In this document: piece by piece, positions 6,106-14,794 of the stretch
How positions within the stretch are numbered: position 1 is the stretch's first letter
How the letters are laid out: each line of letters begins with the position of its first letter
Assembly (NCBI RefSeq): GCF_004102945.1
Contig: NZ_CP019384.1
Coordinates: forward strand, 1,500,001 to 1,532,000
Length of the DNA stretch: 32,000 nucleotides
Reading direction: 5' to 3'
Source of the DNA: Candidatus Velamenicoccus archaeovorus
GTDB lineage: Bacteria; Omnitrophota; Gorgyraeia; Velamenicoccales; Velamenicoccaceae
The notes under the pieces: generated by a model
The model's database searches: none
Told to the model about the DNA's origin: nothing
What the model saw: the letters and a program-made list of their open reading frames with translations, nothing else
Translations under genes and position numbers: made by a program

Positions 6106-8343
6106 ATGAACCGCCTTTTTTCTTTCGCCATTCTTCTTCGCGGCGCCATCGCCGTCATCGCCCAGGCGCTTTTGGTGCGCGAGCTCCTTGTCGTCTTCTA
6201 CGGCAACGAATTGACCTTCGGCATCATCTTGAGCGCGTGGCTCCTCTGCGGCGCCTTGGGCAGTATTGTTGCGGCCTATCTGCAGCGCATCAGCAAACCG
6301 GAGCCGCTTTTCGCCACGCTCCAGCTTCTCTCGGGCGTCTGGCTCGCCGCCGCCGTCATTCTTGTGCGCTCCTCGAAAATCCTCTTGTCTGTGCCGTTCG
6401 GCGAAGTGCTCAGTCTCGGGCAGATCGTCCTCATCGCCTTTGCCGCGCTGTCCGTATCGTCTTTCTGCGATGGCGCCATGTTCAGCGTGGCGTTCCGCAG
6501 CGTCAGGTCCGTCGGCCGCGTCTATGCGCTGGAGTGCGCGGGAGCGCTCGCGGCCGGCGGGCTGTTCAGTTTTGTCCTCATCAGGATATTCACCAGCATC
6601 CAGATCGCCCTCTTTGTGTGGGTGGCTGCCGCGGCCGTCGCCTTCGGGCTGTTTTTGGAGAAACGCAGGAAAGGACCGGCGATCCTCTCATTTCTCATAT
6701 TGTGCTACGGCACGACCGCGCTGATCCATGCTTCAGGATTGCAGAAAAAAACGCTCGAACTCCAATGGCAGGGGCAACGCCTCACCGCTTATGAAAATTC
6801 CGTCTATGGCAATATCGCCGTCGTGCAGAACGAGGAGCAGCGCACGGTTTACTACGACGGCCTGCCGTTGATCAACGTCCCTGCGCCCGAGGACTATTTC
6901 ACGCAGGATTTCATCCACCTTCCCTTGCTTGCCGCAGGCCGCACGGCTTCCGTCCTCTTTTTAGGCAATGCCGCGGGCGGGCTGCTCAAAGAAGCCGAAA
7001 AATATCCGTTCAGGCAGATCGTCTATGCCGAAATAGACCCTCTCCTCATCGGCATTCTTCGCTCGCTTGGCATCGAACCCGTCGCCAGCGAACTCTCCGA
7101 CAAACGCCTCCTCATCGAGCTGCTTGACGGCCGCAGCTATTTGAGAAAGAAGCAGGGCGTCTTCGACGCCATCTTTGTCAACACAAGCCTCCCCACCTCC
7201 TTGTCCATCAACCGCTACGCCACGAAAGAATTTTTCAAAGAGCTCAAAGACCATCTTGACGACAACGGCATGGCTGTATTCAAAACCTGGGGTTCGTTGT
7301 CCGCCTTGAGCCGGGAACTGGCCGCGATCAACGCCTCGCTTCTGGCTACGGCCGCGGATGTCTTCGGACACGTCTTTGTCATTCCCGGCGACGGCTACAA
7401 TATCTTTATCGCCTCAAAAAAACCTATTCTCTTCAACCCCGGCCAGATGGCCGAACGGATGCGGCAACTCGGCATCGCCGCCAGCCTCCTGGAACCCGCC
7501 TACCTGGCGTTGCGGCTTGATCCAGCCTATCGGGCATGGTTCGAAAAAACCATTGCCGCCGCCCGCAAAAATGCCTGCATCAACACCGACCTGCGGCCTT
7601 GCGGCCTCTACGACGGCCTGGCGCTCTATTATGCGCAATTCAGCAAAAAACTGCCGCGGGTCTTCAGCGGCTTTAGACACATCGCGCCTGAAACGATATT
7701 CCTTACTGTCATGCTCTTCTTGTTCGCCTGGTCCGTAGGATCAAAAAAGCCGCGCAGGCGCGGCTCTCTATTAGGATTCACAGTCTTCTCCAGCGGATTT
7801 TTTGCGATGGGCGTCCAGGTGAGCGTCATCTTCCTTTTCCAGAGCTTCCTGGGGTATATCTTCCAGTGGCTGGCGGTCCTGACCGCCTCTTTCATGGCAG
7901 GCGCGTCCCTCGGCGCGCTCTACGCCCTGCGCAACAAGGAAAAACTCTTGTCATTCAAGCGCCTGGCCCTCGTCGAGTGCGCGACGGCAACGCTCGTTGC
8001 ATTGCTCGCCTTTTTCATCATCCGGGCCGTCGAATACCGGGTCGGGCCCCCCGGCGGCGCTGGACTCTTTGGCCTCCTCAGCGCCTGCGCAGGCCTCCTG
8101 GTCGGCATCGAACTACCCATGATCCATGAGCTCCTCTGCCGTCTCCGGCACGAATCAGACCAAAGCCCCGGCCGCGCTGCCGGATGGATCTATGGCATGG
8201 ACCTCGCCGGCGCCAGTATAGGCGCCCTTGCCACGCCGCTTTTTCTTATTCCCGCCTGCGGCATCGACCTGACACTTCTGTTGTTATGGGTAATCAAGGT
8301 GATAAACGGCTGGATCGTGCTCTCTGCGGAACGGATGGGATGA
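6106..8343 (+). CDS. membrane-fused spermidine-synthase-like (SAM-dependent aminopropyl/methyltransferase fold) protein
   Basis: ORF track 6058..8343. I start at the ATG at 6106 (MNRLFSFAILL...). Multi-TM N-terminal block, then a central soluble domain with VLFLGNAAGGLL...IVYAEIDP and DAIFVNTS (SAM-binding-like), then further TM helices at the C-terminus. Confidence 0.75.
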   Translation: MNRLFSFAILLRGAIAVIAQALLVRELLVVFYGNELTFGIILSAWLLCGALGSIVAAYLQRISKPEPLFATLQLLSGVWLAAAVILVRSSKILLSVPFGEVLSLGQIVLIAFAALSVSSFCDGAMFSVAFRSVRSVGRVYALECAGALAAGGLFSFVLIRIFTSIQIALFVWVAAAAVAFGLFLEKRRKGPAILSFLILCYGTTALIHASGLQKKTLELQWQGQRLTAYENSVYGNIAVVQNEEQRTVYYDGLPLINVPAPEDYFTQDFIHLPLLAAGRTASVLFLGNAAGGLLKEAEKYPFRQIVYAEIDPLLIGILRSLGIEPVASELSDKRLLIELLDGRSYLRKKQGVFDAIFVNTSLPTSLSINRYATKEFFKELKDHLDDNGMAVFKTWGSLSALSRELAAINASLLATAADVFGHVFVIPGDGYNIFIASKKPILFNPGQMAERMRQLGIAASLLEPAYLALRLDPAYRAWFEKTIAAARKNACINTDLRPCGLYDGLALYYAQFSKKLPRVFSGFRHIAPETIFLTVMLFLFAWSVGSKKPRRRGSLLGFTVFSSGFFAMGVQVSVIFLFQSFLGYIFQWLAVLTASFMAGASLGALYALRNKEKLLSFKRLALVECATATLVALLAFFIIRAVEYRVGPPGGAGLFGLLSACAGLLVGIELPMIHELLCRLRHESDQSPGRAAGWIYGMDLAGASIGALATPLFLIPACGIDLTLLLLWVIKVINGWIVLSAERMG

Positions 8344-8362
8344 TGCCTCTACCGGCGCCCGG

Positions 8363-9004
8363 TCACAGTTCGCCTTCTGAAGACGCTTCATGCCGCAACA
8401 GATCCCTGGGATTCAAGACGCCTCCGGAAATGACCAGCCTCACCGCCTCCTCGACCGTCAAATCAAGAAAGATCAGCTCTTTTTTGGCGACGATCACATA
8501 GAATCCCGTAACAGGGTTCGGCACCGTCGGAATAAGGACGTTGCAATACTCTTCCCTCCCCAGCTTCGCGTCAAAATAAGGGATAGACTGGTTTGTGACG
8601 AAACACAGGACATACATGCCTTTGCGGGGCCACTCTGTGAGAGCCACGCGCTGGACGCCTTCGCCGAACTTATGGGAAAACAAGAACTTCGAGATCTGTT
8701 TGAACGCCGGATAGATGTTTTTGATGAGGGGAAATTTGAGCCACAGGCCTTCGAAATAGGTAATCAGACGCCGGCCGATGAGATTGGTCGCCAGGAGCCC
8801 CGTCAAAAAGATCAGGATGATAAAGACGAGCAGCCCGAGGCCGGGAATAGAAAACCCAAGATACGCCTCCGTCAGCTTGGAGATATAACGGCCGAGGATA
8901 TTGTCGAAAAACAAAAAAAGCGAAACAAAAAGATAGACGGTGGCCAAAACCGGAAGGACGATCAAAAGGCCCGTCAAAAAATATCTCTTCCCAAGTGGTT
9001 TCAT
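8363..9004 (-). CDS. DUF502 family membrane protein
   Basis: The ORF track extends to 9337, but that N-terminal extension overlaps the upstream permease. ATG at 9004 (MKPLGKRYFLTGLLIVLPVLATVYL...) is preceded by GTGAGGTG. Strings NIYPAFKQI and VPNPVTGFYV are typical of DUF502. Confidence 0.75.
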   Translation of the reverse strand: MKPLGKRYFLTGLLIVLPVLATVYLFVSLFLFFDNILGRYISKLTEAYLGFSIPGLGLLVFIILIFLTGLLATNLIGRRLITYFEGLWLKFPLIKNIYPAFKQISKFLFSHKFGEGVQRVALTEWPRKGMYVLCFVTNQSIPYFDAKLGREEYCNVLIPTVPNPVTGFYVIVAKKELIFLDLTVEEAVRLVISGGVLNPRDLLRHEASSEGEL

Positions 9005-9021
9005 ATGCACCTCACGAAGTC

Positions 9022-10413
9022 TTAGCCGAAGACCGGAAAAAACAAGAGAATCGCCCACACCAACCCTGTCGTGAGTAGGCCGATCACAAGGCCGATTTTG
9101 AGCCAATCCAAAAATCCGATCTTGATATGTTTCTCTTTTTCCAGGATGCCGATGGCGACGATGTTGGCCGTCGAACCGATCAAGGTGATGTTGCCGCCCA
9201 GACACCCCCCGAACAAAAGCGCCCACCAAAACGCCTCCATCCCCTTGCCCAGCGCATGAAAACTGTTGATGATGGGGATAAAGGCGACAACGATGACGAC
9301 GTTGTCCATGATGCTGGAGCCGATGGACGAAAACCAAAGGATCAGGCCCAGGAGGACATCATGGCTGCCGCGCGCCAGATGGATCATCCCCTGCGCAAAG
9401 ACATCGGTAGCGCCGGTGTGTTGAAGGGTGCCGGCCTGGGCGAAAAGGAACATAAAGAACAACAGCGACCACCACTCGACGTCTTTTTCGACGAATTCCC
9501 GCGCCTTGTGCCACTTCCAGATCATGATGAAAGCCGATATGATCAACGGGATCGTCAACAAAACCGCATTGTTTTCCAGATGGAAGAACAGCTCAATACG
9601 GTGGCTAACGGTGATCAGAAAGACCGTTAGTCCCAAGATAAAGAGGCTGATCTTAAGCTCACGCGCCAGGGGCACGGAGATCAGACGGATCAGGATCTCG
9701 TTGGCGCCGAGCTCCTTGATCTTTTTGTCGAACTCATTGAGTTTTTTCCTGTACCAGAAGTCGAAAACGATGATGGTCACAGCCAGGCAGACGACGGACA
9801 AAGGCAGGGCCTTCACCAGGAAATCCTCGGCGGTCAGGCTGGACTTGGTCGCGATCAGGATACCGATGGGATTACCCAGGACGGTCGCGGCCGAGCCGAT
9901 GTTGGTCGTGAAGATCGAGATGATGACGTACGGCAGAGGGTCGACCTCGAAATAATCGCATATCTCCAGGATGGCCGCGACCATGAAGATAATGGAGACC
10001 ACCTCACCCGTCGTCGCCGACAGCACCGCCGAAAAAAGCGATATGGCGATCACGAACTTCCTGGCCGTCAAGTTGCGCATCTTTAAGATCAACTCGACGA
10101 CCCAGGCGAAGAAGCCGGCGTCTTTCATCAATCCGACGATGATCATCATGCCGACCAGAAAAAGAATCACTTCCAGCGAGCTGAACCTGACCAGGTGCTC
10201 GATATCGATGGTCCGGGTCAAGATCAGGATGGACGTCCCCAGAAAGGCGAAACTAAGGCGGAACTCCCAGAAAAAAAGCGTGCCGCAGATGGACGCCGTA
10301 AAAATCCCCAAAGACAGCGCCTGCGCATGACTCATGCCCGCCCGGCTGCTCACCGTACTGACCAGGATGGATGCGGCGATAAGCGTAAGAAATTTAATGA
10401 ATGCCGTGCGCAT
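9022..10413 (-). CDS. ArsB/NhaD-superfamily (CitMHS/SLC13-like) anion permease, paralog 2
   Basis: 463-aa polytopic protein, clearly paralogous to 10429..11832. Shared strings include FFWEFRLSFAFLG, KDAGFFAW, FMVAAILEICDY, TNIGSAATV.GNPIGILIATK and GGNITLIGSTANIVAIG. GGAG lies 8 nt before the ATG. Confidence 0.8.
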   Translation of the reverse strand: MRTAFIKFLTLIAASILVSTVSSRAGMSHAQALSLGIFTASICGTLFFWEFRLSFAFLGTSILILTRTIDIEHLVRFSSLEVILFLVGMMIIVGLMKDAGFFAWVVELILKMRNLTARKFVIAISLFSAVLSATTGEVVSIIFMVAAILEICDYFEVDPLPYVIISIFTTNIGSAATVLGNPIGILIATKSSLTAEDFLVKALPLSVVCLAVTIIVFDFWYRKKLNEFDKKIKELGANEILIRLISVPLARELKISLFILGLTVFLITVSHRIELFFHLENNAVLLTIPLIISAFIMIWKWHKAREFVEKDVEWWSLLFFMFLFAQAGTLQHTGATDVFAQGMIHLARGSHDVLLGLILWFSSIGSSIMDNVVIVVAFIPIINSFHALGKGMEAFWWALLFGGCLGGNITLIGSTANIVAIGILEKEKHIKIGFLDWLKIGLVIGLLTTGLVWAILLFFPVFG

Positions 10414-10428
10414 GCAAGAACTCCGACG

Positions 10429-11832
10429 TCAAATCTTAAACGTGCAGCAATAATTCTTCAGCAACAACATGGCCCAGGCGACCATCGTCGTCACCAGACC
10501 GACGGTCAAGCCGATACCGAACCAGTCCCTGAACCTGATGCGGATGTTTTTTTCCTTTTCCAACAGGCCGATGGCCACGATGTTGGCCGTCGAGCCGATC
10601 AGGGTGATGTTGCCGCCGAAGCATCCGCCCAACAAAAGCGCCCACCAGAGCGGCGGCGCGCCGTAACCCAAAGTAAAAAAGCTCTTAATGATCGGCACGT
10701 AGGTGACGACGATGATGACATTGTCCAGAACGCTGGAACCGATGCTGGAGCTCCACAGGACGAACGCCAGGAGCCCTCCAGGGTTGTTTTTGGCAAAATC
10801 GGCGAACAGCCGCGCAAAGACGTCGGTCGTGCCGGTATGCCGTAGGGTCCCGGCCTGCGCAAAAAGGAGCATGAAGAACAAAAGCGTCCACCATTCGATG
10901 CCGCGCTCGACGTATTCGCGCGCCTTGTGCCGCTTCCAGACCATGATGACGCCGGCGGTGAGCATCGGCGCGATCAGAAGGATCGTGTTCTCGGTCAGGC
11001 CCAAGAGCACCTCCAAGCGCCGATGGAGGACGATCGTGACCATCATGACGCCGAAGATGGTCAACGACGACTTCAGGTGCCGGTCCATGGGCACGGAGAT
11101 CAGCCTCAAAAGGATATCATCGGCCCTCATCTCGTCGATATGCCGGTCGAATTCCGTGATGGCGCGGTTGTACCAGCGAAAAACGATCAGGATCGTCACC
11201 AGAAGAGCGACGAGCGCAATAGGGAATGGCGTCAGGAGAAAATCCTCGAAGCTCATGTTCGCCTTGGTCGCGATCAGGATACCGATGGGGTTGCCCATGA
11301 CCGTCGCGGCCGAACCGATATTGGTCGCCAAGACCGAAATGATAATGAACGGCGTCGGGGTTACCTCGTAATAATCACAGATCTCCAGGATCGCCGCGAC
11401 CATGAAGATGATGGACGTCACTTCGTCCACGGCGCAGGCGAGCAGGCCCGAGATAACCATGACCAAAAACGTGAACTTCTTACCGGAAAGATTTTTGGCC
11501 CTGAGGATCAACGCGACCAGCCACGCGAAAAACCCGGCGTCCTTGAGCAGGCTGACGACGATCATCATCCCCGCCAAAAACAGGATCACGTCCAGGGACG
11601 TCAATTTCAGAAAACTGTCGAGGTCGATCGCCTTGGCGACCAGAAGCAGGCCGGACCCCAAAAATGCGAAACTGAGCCGGAACTCCCAGAAAAAAAGCGT
11701 CCCCATGATGGACGCGACGAAGATGGCGAGCGAAAGAGCCTGGTGCGCATTCAGGCCACAGGCGTGGCTCATGAGGCCCGAGGCCACGGAGACAAAAAGA
11801 AGACCGCCGAATTTGAGGACGATTTTTTTCAT
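10429..11832 (-). CDS. ArsB/NhaD-superfamily (CitMHS/SLC13-like) anion permease, paralog 1
   Basis: 467-aa polytopic protein. Its start ATG overlaps the CBS gene stop (ATGA at 11829-11832). Confidence 0.8.
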   Translation of the reverse strand: MKKIVLKFGGLLFVSVASGLMSHACGLNAHQALSLAIFVASIMGTLFFWEFRLSFAFLGSGLLLVAKAIDLDSFLKLTSLDVILFLAGMMIVVSLLKDAGFFAWLVALILRAKNLSGKKFTFLVMVISGLLACAVDEVTSIIFMVAAILEICDYYEVTPTPFIIISVLATNIGSAATVMGNPIGILIATKANMSFEDFLLTPFPIALVALLVTILIVFRWYNRAITEFDRHIDEMRADDILLRLISVPMDRHLKSSLTIFGVMMVTIVLHRRLEVLLGLTENTILLIAPMLTAGVIMVWKRHKAREYVERGIEWWTLLFFMLLFAQAGTLRHTGTTDVFARLFADFAKNNPGGLLAFVLWSSSIGSSVLDNVIIVVTYVPIIKSFFTLGYGAPPLWWALLLGGCFGGNITLIGSTANIVAIGLLEKEKNIRIRFRDWFGIGLTVGLVTTMVAWAMLLLKNYCCTFKI

Positions 11833-12269
11833 CCTTTAAGCAGCTGGTCCAGGACGTCGGAACGCGCCACAATCCCCTTGATCCTGTCTTCGGCATCGAC
11901 AACAGGAACCCTGCGGACGTTCTGCGTCAGCATGATATGGGCCACCTCGCACACGGGGGCCTCTTCGGAAACCTTCACGACCTCTTTGCGCATCAGCTCG
12001 CCGACCTTGGCTCCGGCGAGCTTGGCCACCTTGCATTTGATGGTCTTGGGGCTGTTTTCGTAGACGAAACGGCCGACCTGCGAAACATAGCTAGGCAGGA
12101 TAGCCCGCAGGATGTCTTTTTCCGTAAACATCCCGATGAGCCTGCCTTCACCGTCCACGACCGGCAGGCCGCTGATCTTATTTTCAAAAAGATGTTTGAG
12201 CGCTTCAACGGCGGGCGTATCGGATGAGAGCGTCCTGACTTCCCTGGTCATGATCTCGCTGATCTTCAT
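11829..12269 (-). CDS. CBS-pair domain protein
   Basis: 146 aa with two CBS-like halves (ISGLPVVDGEGRLIGMFTEKDILR and VRRVPVVDAEDRIKGIVARSDVL). GAGGAGG lies before the ATG. Translationally coupled to the permease. Confidence 0.85.
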   Translation of the reverse strand: MKISEIMTREVRTLSSDTPAVEALKHLFENKISGLPVVDGEGRLIGMFTEKDILRAILPSYVSQVGRFVYENSPKTIKCKVAKLAGAKVGELMRKEVVKVSEEAPVCEVAHIMLTQNVRRVPVVDAEDRIKGIVARSDVLDQLLKG

Positions 12270-12278
12270 ACGACCTCC

Positions 12279-12434
12279 TCATTCTGCCTCTGGCAGAATG
12301 ACTCCGATGCTTGCGCAATCAATTTTGTGAACGCCTTGGCCTGCCACCGGCGAGGCCGAGGCGCATGTGAACAAAATTGATGCGCGATTAAGCAAGGAGT
12401 ACTCTACCAACTTCACTCCGCCTCTGGCGGGGTG
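12279..12434. repeat. hairpin cluster between bioY and the CBS gene
   Basis: tcattctgcc-tct-ggcagaatga (12279-12301) and cactccgcc-tct-ggcggggtg (12414-12434) share the core gcctctggc. Between them is a nested hairpin of about 73 nt, gcgcaatcaattttgt..cgccttggcc-N12-ggccgaggcg..acaaaattgatgcgc (12313-12385). Confidence 0.6.
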
Positions 12435-12451
12435 ACTCTATTCCAAACGAT

Positions 12452-13006
12452 TTATCGTTTATAGAGCCTCACGCAGATCCATGCCGCGATCCACGCCTTC
12501 ATCAGATCAGGCAAAATAAAAGGCATGCTTCCCAAAAAGAAAGCCTGCAAAGTCATCATACGCAAACCTGCCATCAGCCACAATGCGCCGCAGGCATGGA
12601 TCACGACCATGCCGAATGCCATACAAATGAAATTCGCAACTACCGTCCTTAATGAGAATAAGTTGCGGACCTTGCTGATCATCCAGGCGGCAGCCAGGAA
12701 GCCCAAAAGATAACCGCCCGTCGGACCCAACAGATACGGGACTCCCCATCCGGCATTGGCAAAGAAGGGCGCGCCGAAAATGCCGATGGCGATGTAGGCG
12801 GCAACGGAAATAAAGGCCTCGACAGGACCCAAGAGGCCGCCGGCCAGAAAAATAACAAACGTCTGGAGCGTCACCGGGACAGGCGTAAAAAACAGGGGCA
12901 GTTTGATGAAAGACGAAAAACACAAAAGAACCGTCAGGCCGCCGATCTTCAGGGCGGAAACAGCCAAGGCGCTCTTTTTTGAAAGCATCATATCGAACGT
13001 CGTCAT
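12452..13006 (-). CDS. bioY: biotin transporter BioY
   Basis: 184-aa membrane protein. Strings VPVTLQTFVIFLAGGLLGP and GPTGGYLLGF are typical of BioY. AAGGAG lies before the ATG. Confidence 0.85.
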   Translation of the reverse strand: MTTFDMMLSKKSALAVSALKIGGLTVLLCFSSFIKLPLFFTPVPVTLQTFVIFLAGGLLGPVEAFISVAAYIAIGIFGAPFFANAGWGVPYLLGPTGGYLLGFLAAAWMISKVRNLFSLRTVVANFICMAFGMVVIHACGALWLMAGLRMMTLQAFFLGSMPFILPDLMKAWIAAWICVRLYKR

Positions 13007-13028
13007 TTTTGATTCTCCTTATCGGTGT

Positions 13029-13997
13029 TTATGCTATATCTATATCAACATCGCCCGCTGCGGCAGCCATGGCCCCTTGTTTCTCCTCCTTGGGCCTGGC
13101 TTTCCAGCGTTTATGGATCCATCCCCATTCATGGGGATGCTGACGGATATATTTTTCGATCAAGGCCGTCAGCCGCTCAACTGCGTGCAAGAGCCGTTCA
13201 CTCTTGGTGCCGCTCTCATCTACATGGATCGGCGGCTCGATCACGATACGATGCCGCGGGCCGCCAAGACGGTAAATGAACATGGGAACGATCGGCGCGC
13301 CCGTGCGCATGGAAAAGACGATGGGCCCCGTCGCTGTCGCGGCCTTGACGCCGAAGAAATCCACAAAGACGCCGCCGGTGCCGAAATTCTGGTCGAGCTG
13401 GACGAAAAGAACCTCATTGTCCCGCAGGACCTTAAGACTCTGGCTGACACACGTCTGGCGGGGCTGGGTGTAAATAGAACCGACGCGCATCAGGCGCCTC
13501 TTGTCCTCGAAAAGCTCGTCGAGCTTCTGGTCGCGCATATGTCTCATGACGGCGTTGACTTTGCACTCCTCCTGGGCCAGCCGCGACAAGAGCAGGGGAA
13601 AACTGCCGAAATGTGCGCTGATCGCGACAACCCCCTTGCCTTCAGCGAGGGCTTTTTTGAGATTGTCAATGCCCTCGATATCCACAAATTTTTTGATGCG
13701 TTCGGGGTGTTTCATGAACATGAAAAATTCAACAGCCAGGCAGGCCATTGAATTGAAGCATTCCCGGCAGATGCGGCGTATCTCCTGCGGCGTCTTGGTC
13801 TTGCCGAAGGCCATTGTCAAGCTCTCGATGGCGATCCGCCTATGTTTGACGGCAAACGCATAACCCGCCCAACCGAAAAAACGGCCGAAGGCATACAAAA
13901 GCCCAAGCGGCACGATGCCGCCGACAAAATCACAGAAGCCGATGACGACGCGGCCGGAGGAATAAGCCATCCAACGGCAGAATTCTTTACGAGTCAT
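13029..13997 (-). CDS. lipid A biosynthesis lauroyl/myristoyl acyltransferase family (LpxL/HtrB-like) protein
   Basis: ORF track 13029..14027 opens on a TTG. ATG at 13997 (MTRKEF...) follows AGAAGGAA. N-terminal TM segment, then GKGVVAISAHFGSFPLL in the position of the acyltransferase H-box. Confidence 0.75.
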   Translation of the reverse strand: MTRKEFCRWMAYSSGRVVIGFCDFVGGIVPLGLLYAFGRFFGWAGYAFAVKHRRIAIESLTMAFGKTKTPQEIRRICRECFNSMACLAVEFFMFMKHPERIKKFVDIEGIDNLKKALAEGKGVVAISAHFGSFPLLLSRLAQEECKVNAVMRHMRDQKLDELFEDKRRLMRVGSIYTQPRQTCVSQSLKVLRDNEVLFVQLDQNFGTGGVFVDFFGVKAATATGPIVFSMRTGAPIVPMFIYRLGGPRHRIVIEPPIHVDESGTKSERLLHAVERLTALIEKYIRQHPHEWGWIHKRWKARPKEEKQGAMAAAAGDVDIDIA

Positions 13998-14053
13998 AAA
14001 AATTCCTTCTGACAACGAGTCCGGCAACCGGCATCATGGAGCCGTTGGAGACC

Positions 14054-14545
14054 TCATTGGATTTTATATCCGATCTTTCTTAGGAAATCCTTGCGCCAGC
14101 GGATGTCCGCCTCATCTTCAACGCCTTTCGGACACACCCCATCGATGACACCCATGATGCCGCGGCCGGCGGCGGTCTCCATGACGACCGCCTCAAGAGG
14201 ATTGGCCGTCGCGGCAAAAATACCACAGACCTCCGGCACAGACTTGATGGCGTTCAGGACATTGATAGGAAAAGAACCGTCCAAAAAGATGATAAAGGAA
14301 TGACCGCACCCCAGCTTCAGCGCGTTATCCACGGCCAGCCGCTTCATGGCTTCGTCCGAACCCTCGGCGCGCACCTTGCAGGCGCCCGACGCCTCGCAAA
14401 ACGCAATGCCGCACTTGATGCCCGGCACCGATCCGATCAACGCCTCGTAGAGATCCTCGACGGTCTTGATGAAATGGGACTGTCCCAGGATCACATTGAC
14501 CTGCTCGGGCTTCTCGATCTTGACAATCTCTATCTTAGGTTCCAT
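14054..14545 (-). CDS. adenosine-specific kinase family (PF04008-like) protein
   Basis: The string [39 protein letters not shown]...[30 protein letters not shown] matches my memory of this archaeal/bacterial family. I start at the ATG at 14545 (MEPKIEIV), preceded by AGAAGG. Confidence 0.7.
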   Translation of the reverse strand: MEPKIEIVKIEKPEQVNVILGQSHFIKTVEDLYEALIGSVPGIKCGIAFCEASGACKVRAEGSDEAMKRLAVDNALKLGCGHSFIIFLDGSFPINVLNAIKSVPEVCGIFAATANPLEAVVMETAAGRGIMGVIDGVCPKGVEDEADIRWRKDFLRKIGYKIQ

Positions 14546-14560
14546 AGGCCTTCTTTTCTG

Positions 14561-14771
14561 GAGCCCCACGGGCTCAGCCTGGCCTCAAGGCCAAGGGCAG
14601 GCCCGTGGTCCTTTTTGATTCGCCCGTGGGGCGACATCCCGCTCCGCCATGGTTTTGTCTGCAAGACAAAACCAATCCACGGGCCCAGCCTCGCCCGCCC
14701 AAGCGGGCAGGGAATTCTGGCAAACGGGATTAACCCGTTTACCCCGTTAGAGAACTCGTTCTTTAACGGGG
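14561..14771. repeat. cluster of at least six short palindromes/hairpins with recurrent ccacgggc/gcccgtgg and aacggg/cccgtt words
   Basis: Hairpins: gagccc-cac-gggctc (14561-75); ggcc-tcaa-ggcc (14581-92); ggttttgtct-gca-agacaaaacc (14651-73); gcccgc-ccaa-gcgggc (14693-708); aaacggg-attaa-cccgttt (14722-40); ccccgtta-g-agaac-tc-gttct-t-taacgggg (14742-71). Long-range pairs: 14566-73 with 14601-08, and 14622-29 with 14678-85. Confidence 0.6.
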
Positions 14772-14794
14772 TTTACCCACTAACCCGCAAACCG

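Noticed and set aside
8363-9337. Full 324-aa ORF as the DUF502 gene
   Set aside because: The first ~110 codons overlap the 3' end of the permease in another frame, and the product there is rich in R, H and G. The DUF502 homology begins at the ATG at 9004, which has its own SD.
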